Assembly: GCF_000737315.1 (NCBI RefSeq)
Contig: NZ_JMCB01000001.1
Location: forward strand, 20,001-268,000
Origin: Hyalangium minutum
GTDB taxonomy: Bacteria; Myxococcota; Myxococcia; Myxococcales; Myxococcaceae
DNA length: 248,000 bases
Direction of reading: 5' to 3'
Shown: positions 246,298 to 248,000 of the stretch, piece by piece
How positions within the stretch are numbered: the first letter of the stretch is position 1
Layout of the letters: every line of letters starts with the position of its first letter
Notes under the pieces: generated by a model
Told to the model about the DNA's origin: nothing
Seen by the model: only the letters and a program-made list of their open reading frames with translations
The model's database searches: none
Translations under genes and position numbers: made by a program

Positions 246298-246738
246298 ATG
246301 ATGACCTCATCGAAGATCCTAGCGCTGATTTCCACTTTGGCTGCAAGCCGCCCCTTCGTGCTCGAAGAGGTGAACCGGCTCATGGCGACCTCTCTCAAGC
246401 CCGAGGTCTCTGTCTCCAATGAATACTTCACGGTCTACCGGGCGAGGGACACGGCGCAAGCGCCCCTCCAGAACGTCGAACTGCGCATGCCGACCTCCCG
246501 GTCCCACCGCAAGGATGGCTTGCTTCTGTTCGAGATCGCCCCATCCACGTGCGTGACCCAGGAGGAAGCACGGCACTCCTTTGGGCCTTCCCCTGCGCTC
246601 TCCTTTCCCACGCCTCACCAGCCCCCGGACTCCCCTATCTATCTGAACTACTCCCAGCCCTGGGGCAGCCTCCGTCTGGGCTTCTCGCGCAACGACAAGG
246701 CCTGCCTTGTCTCGGTGGTCCTCGACGCTGACAAGTAG
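246298..246738 (+). CDS. hypothetical protein, possible orphan immunity protein
   Basis: stand-alone; C-terminal YSQPWG.LRLGF..CL.SVV pattern. Confidence 0.45.
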   Translation: MMTSSKILALISTLAASRPFVLEEVNRLMATSLKPEVSVSNEYFTVYRARDTAQAPLQNVELRMPTSRSHRKDGLLLFEIAPSTCVTQEEARHSFGPSPALSFPTPHQPPDSPIYLNYSQPWGSLRLGFSRNDKACLVSVVLDADK

Positions 246739-246767
246739 GGACTCCGTCTGCGTTGACCGTAGTGGCC

Positions 246768-247143
246768 TCACTTTGGCGGGGGCGTGTTGAGCAGTTGCTG
246801 CTCCCACGCGTAGCTGGTGCCCACCGAGCCCATGTGGTCGATGACCAGCTCGGCCAGCCCTTCCACCGTCACCGTCCGCGCCCAGTCGCGCTGCAGTTCC
246901 GAGGCGAAAACCCCCGTCGTCAGCGGCACCGCCCCCACATGCACCATCCGCTGAATCGCCACCTCGTGCGCTTCCACCGACACTCCTCCCGACGAGTCGG
247001 TGACGATGTAGACCGAGCGCCACCACGTTGTTGATGATGCTCTGTGTGTCGTGGCTGCGCAGGCCGGCAAACTGGAACGGCTGGTGGTCGATCAGGATCA
247101 GCACGCAGTTGTCCGGCGTCAGCAGCGCATCCAGGCCGGTCAT
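246768..247143 (-). pseudogene. YcaC-like isochorismatase hydrolase with internal deletion/frameshift
   Basis: LIDHQP..SIINNVV joined out of frame to VYIVTDSSGGVS; central region missing. Confidence 0.7.
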
Positions 247144-247287
247144 CGGGTTGCGGGGAGGGCTCCTGGTGTTCTCCAAGGACAGCAGGAAAGGGCACGGACA
247201 CCGCGGTCCGCGCCCGCGGGCTGTTGGAGACGATGATGGATGCCCGACGCTCCTCGCAGTAGAGGGCCTTCTCCAGCATCACTTTCA

Positions 247288-248000
247288 GCTTCCTGCGTGA
247301 GGTCCATGGCAGTCTCGACACCCTCCAAGCCGCCATCGCCAACGCTTCACACGCCGCCGAGAAACCGGCCGGAGTGCTGAAGGTCAGCATGGCGCCCGTC
247401 CTCGGCAGCGGCTACCTCCTGCCTCTGCTCCACGACTTCCTCGCCCGCTATCCCGGCATCGTCCCGGACTGGGACTTCAACAACCAGCCGGTGGATCTCA
247501 TCCAGGGAGGCTTCGACGCCGCGATTGGCGGCGGCTTCGACCTTGCCTCGGGACTCGCCGCGCGCGAGCTCGCCCGGGTGCACATCATTGCCGTGGCCTC
247601 GCCCTCCTATCTGGCGCGAATCACTCCCCCTCAGGAGCCCGCCGACCTCCAGCGCCTCGAGGGCATCCTGCTGCGCTCTCCGCTGACGGGACGCCTCCAT
247701 TCCAGGACGCTGCGCAACCGCGCCGGAGAGCAGGTCGCCGTCGAGATGCAGCCACGCATGATCCTCAATGACCCCGGCTCCCTCTGTCACTGCGCCCTGA
247801 TGGGCCTGGGCATCACCCTCGTCTCGACGCTCAGTGCGCTGCCCCACCTGCGCGAGGGAACGCTGGTGCGGCTCCTGCCGGACTGGTACGCCGATGCCGG
247901 TCCGATCTCGCTCTACTACCCAGGGCACCGGCAGTTGCCCGCGAAGACTCGCGTGTTCGTGGATTACGTCGTACGCGAGTTCAAGCGCCAGGACCTGGCC
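247288..248000 (+). pseudogene. LysR regulator lacking its N-terminal HTH (runs off the window end)
   Basis: GVLKVSM..DFLARYPG..KTRVFVD; preceded by unrelated sequence and no HTH. Confidence 0.65.

Overview
GC-rich myxobacterial chromosome segment, probably Archangiaceae (Hyalangium/Stigmatella-like). The taxon is inferred from MYXO-CTERM tails, TIGR02265/DUF2378 paralogues, ELWxxDGT and kelch proteins, and the T3SS type. I recognised no rRNA, complete tRNA or CRISPR array. Main blocks: (1) 9.6-40 kb, a secretin-less T3SS cluster with flagellar-like features (sctJ/I/L/N/O/P/Q/R/S/T/U/V, FliO-like gene, its own FliA/WhiG-type sigma factor). It contains six separately promoted and terminated copies of a 75-aa needle-like gene. 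A shared promoter motif, (A/C)AACTC-N13-CCGATAA, also precedes several genes outside the cluster. (2) 88.7-159.1 kb, a ~70 kb trans-AT PKS cluster: FkbH/lactyl-type loading, 11 KS, C-MT, tandem TE, MupA-type LLM, AT and AT-ER, a Lol-like exporter, a stand-alone A(MT)-T-TE, and paired Coq4/ABC1/SDR/TEII genes. Its domain order predicts a tartrolon-type, possibly boron-binding macrodiolide monomer. (3) 171-173 kb and 213-248 kb, accessory DNA with polymorphic toxin-immunity pairs, pseudogenes, IS91-like and group II intron relics, and four dispersed copies of a tmRNA-3'-end-like att sequence. The rest is ordinary housekeeping, envelope and regulatory genes. Most very long ORFs in the six-frame track are antisense shadows. 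Starts were re-picked by eye. All family assignments are motif recognition, not database searches.
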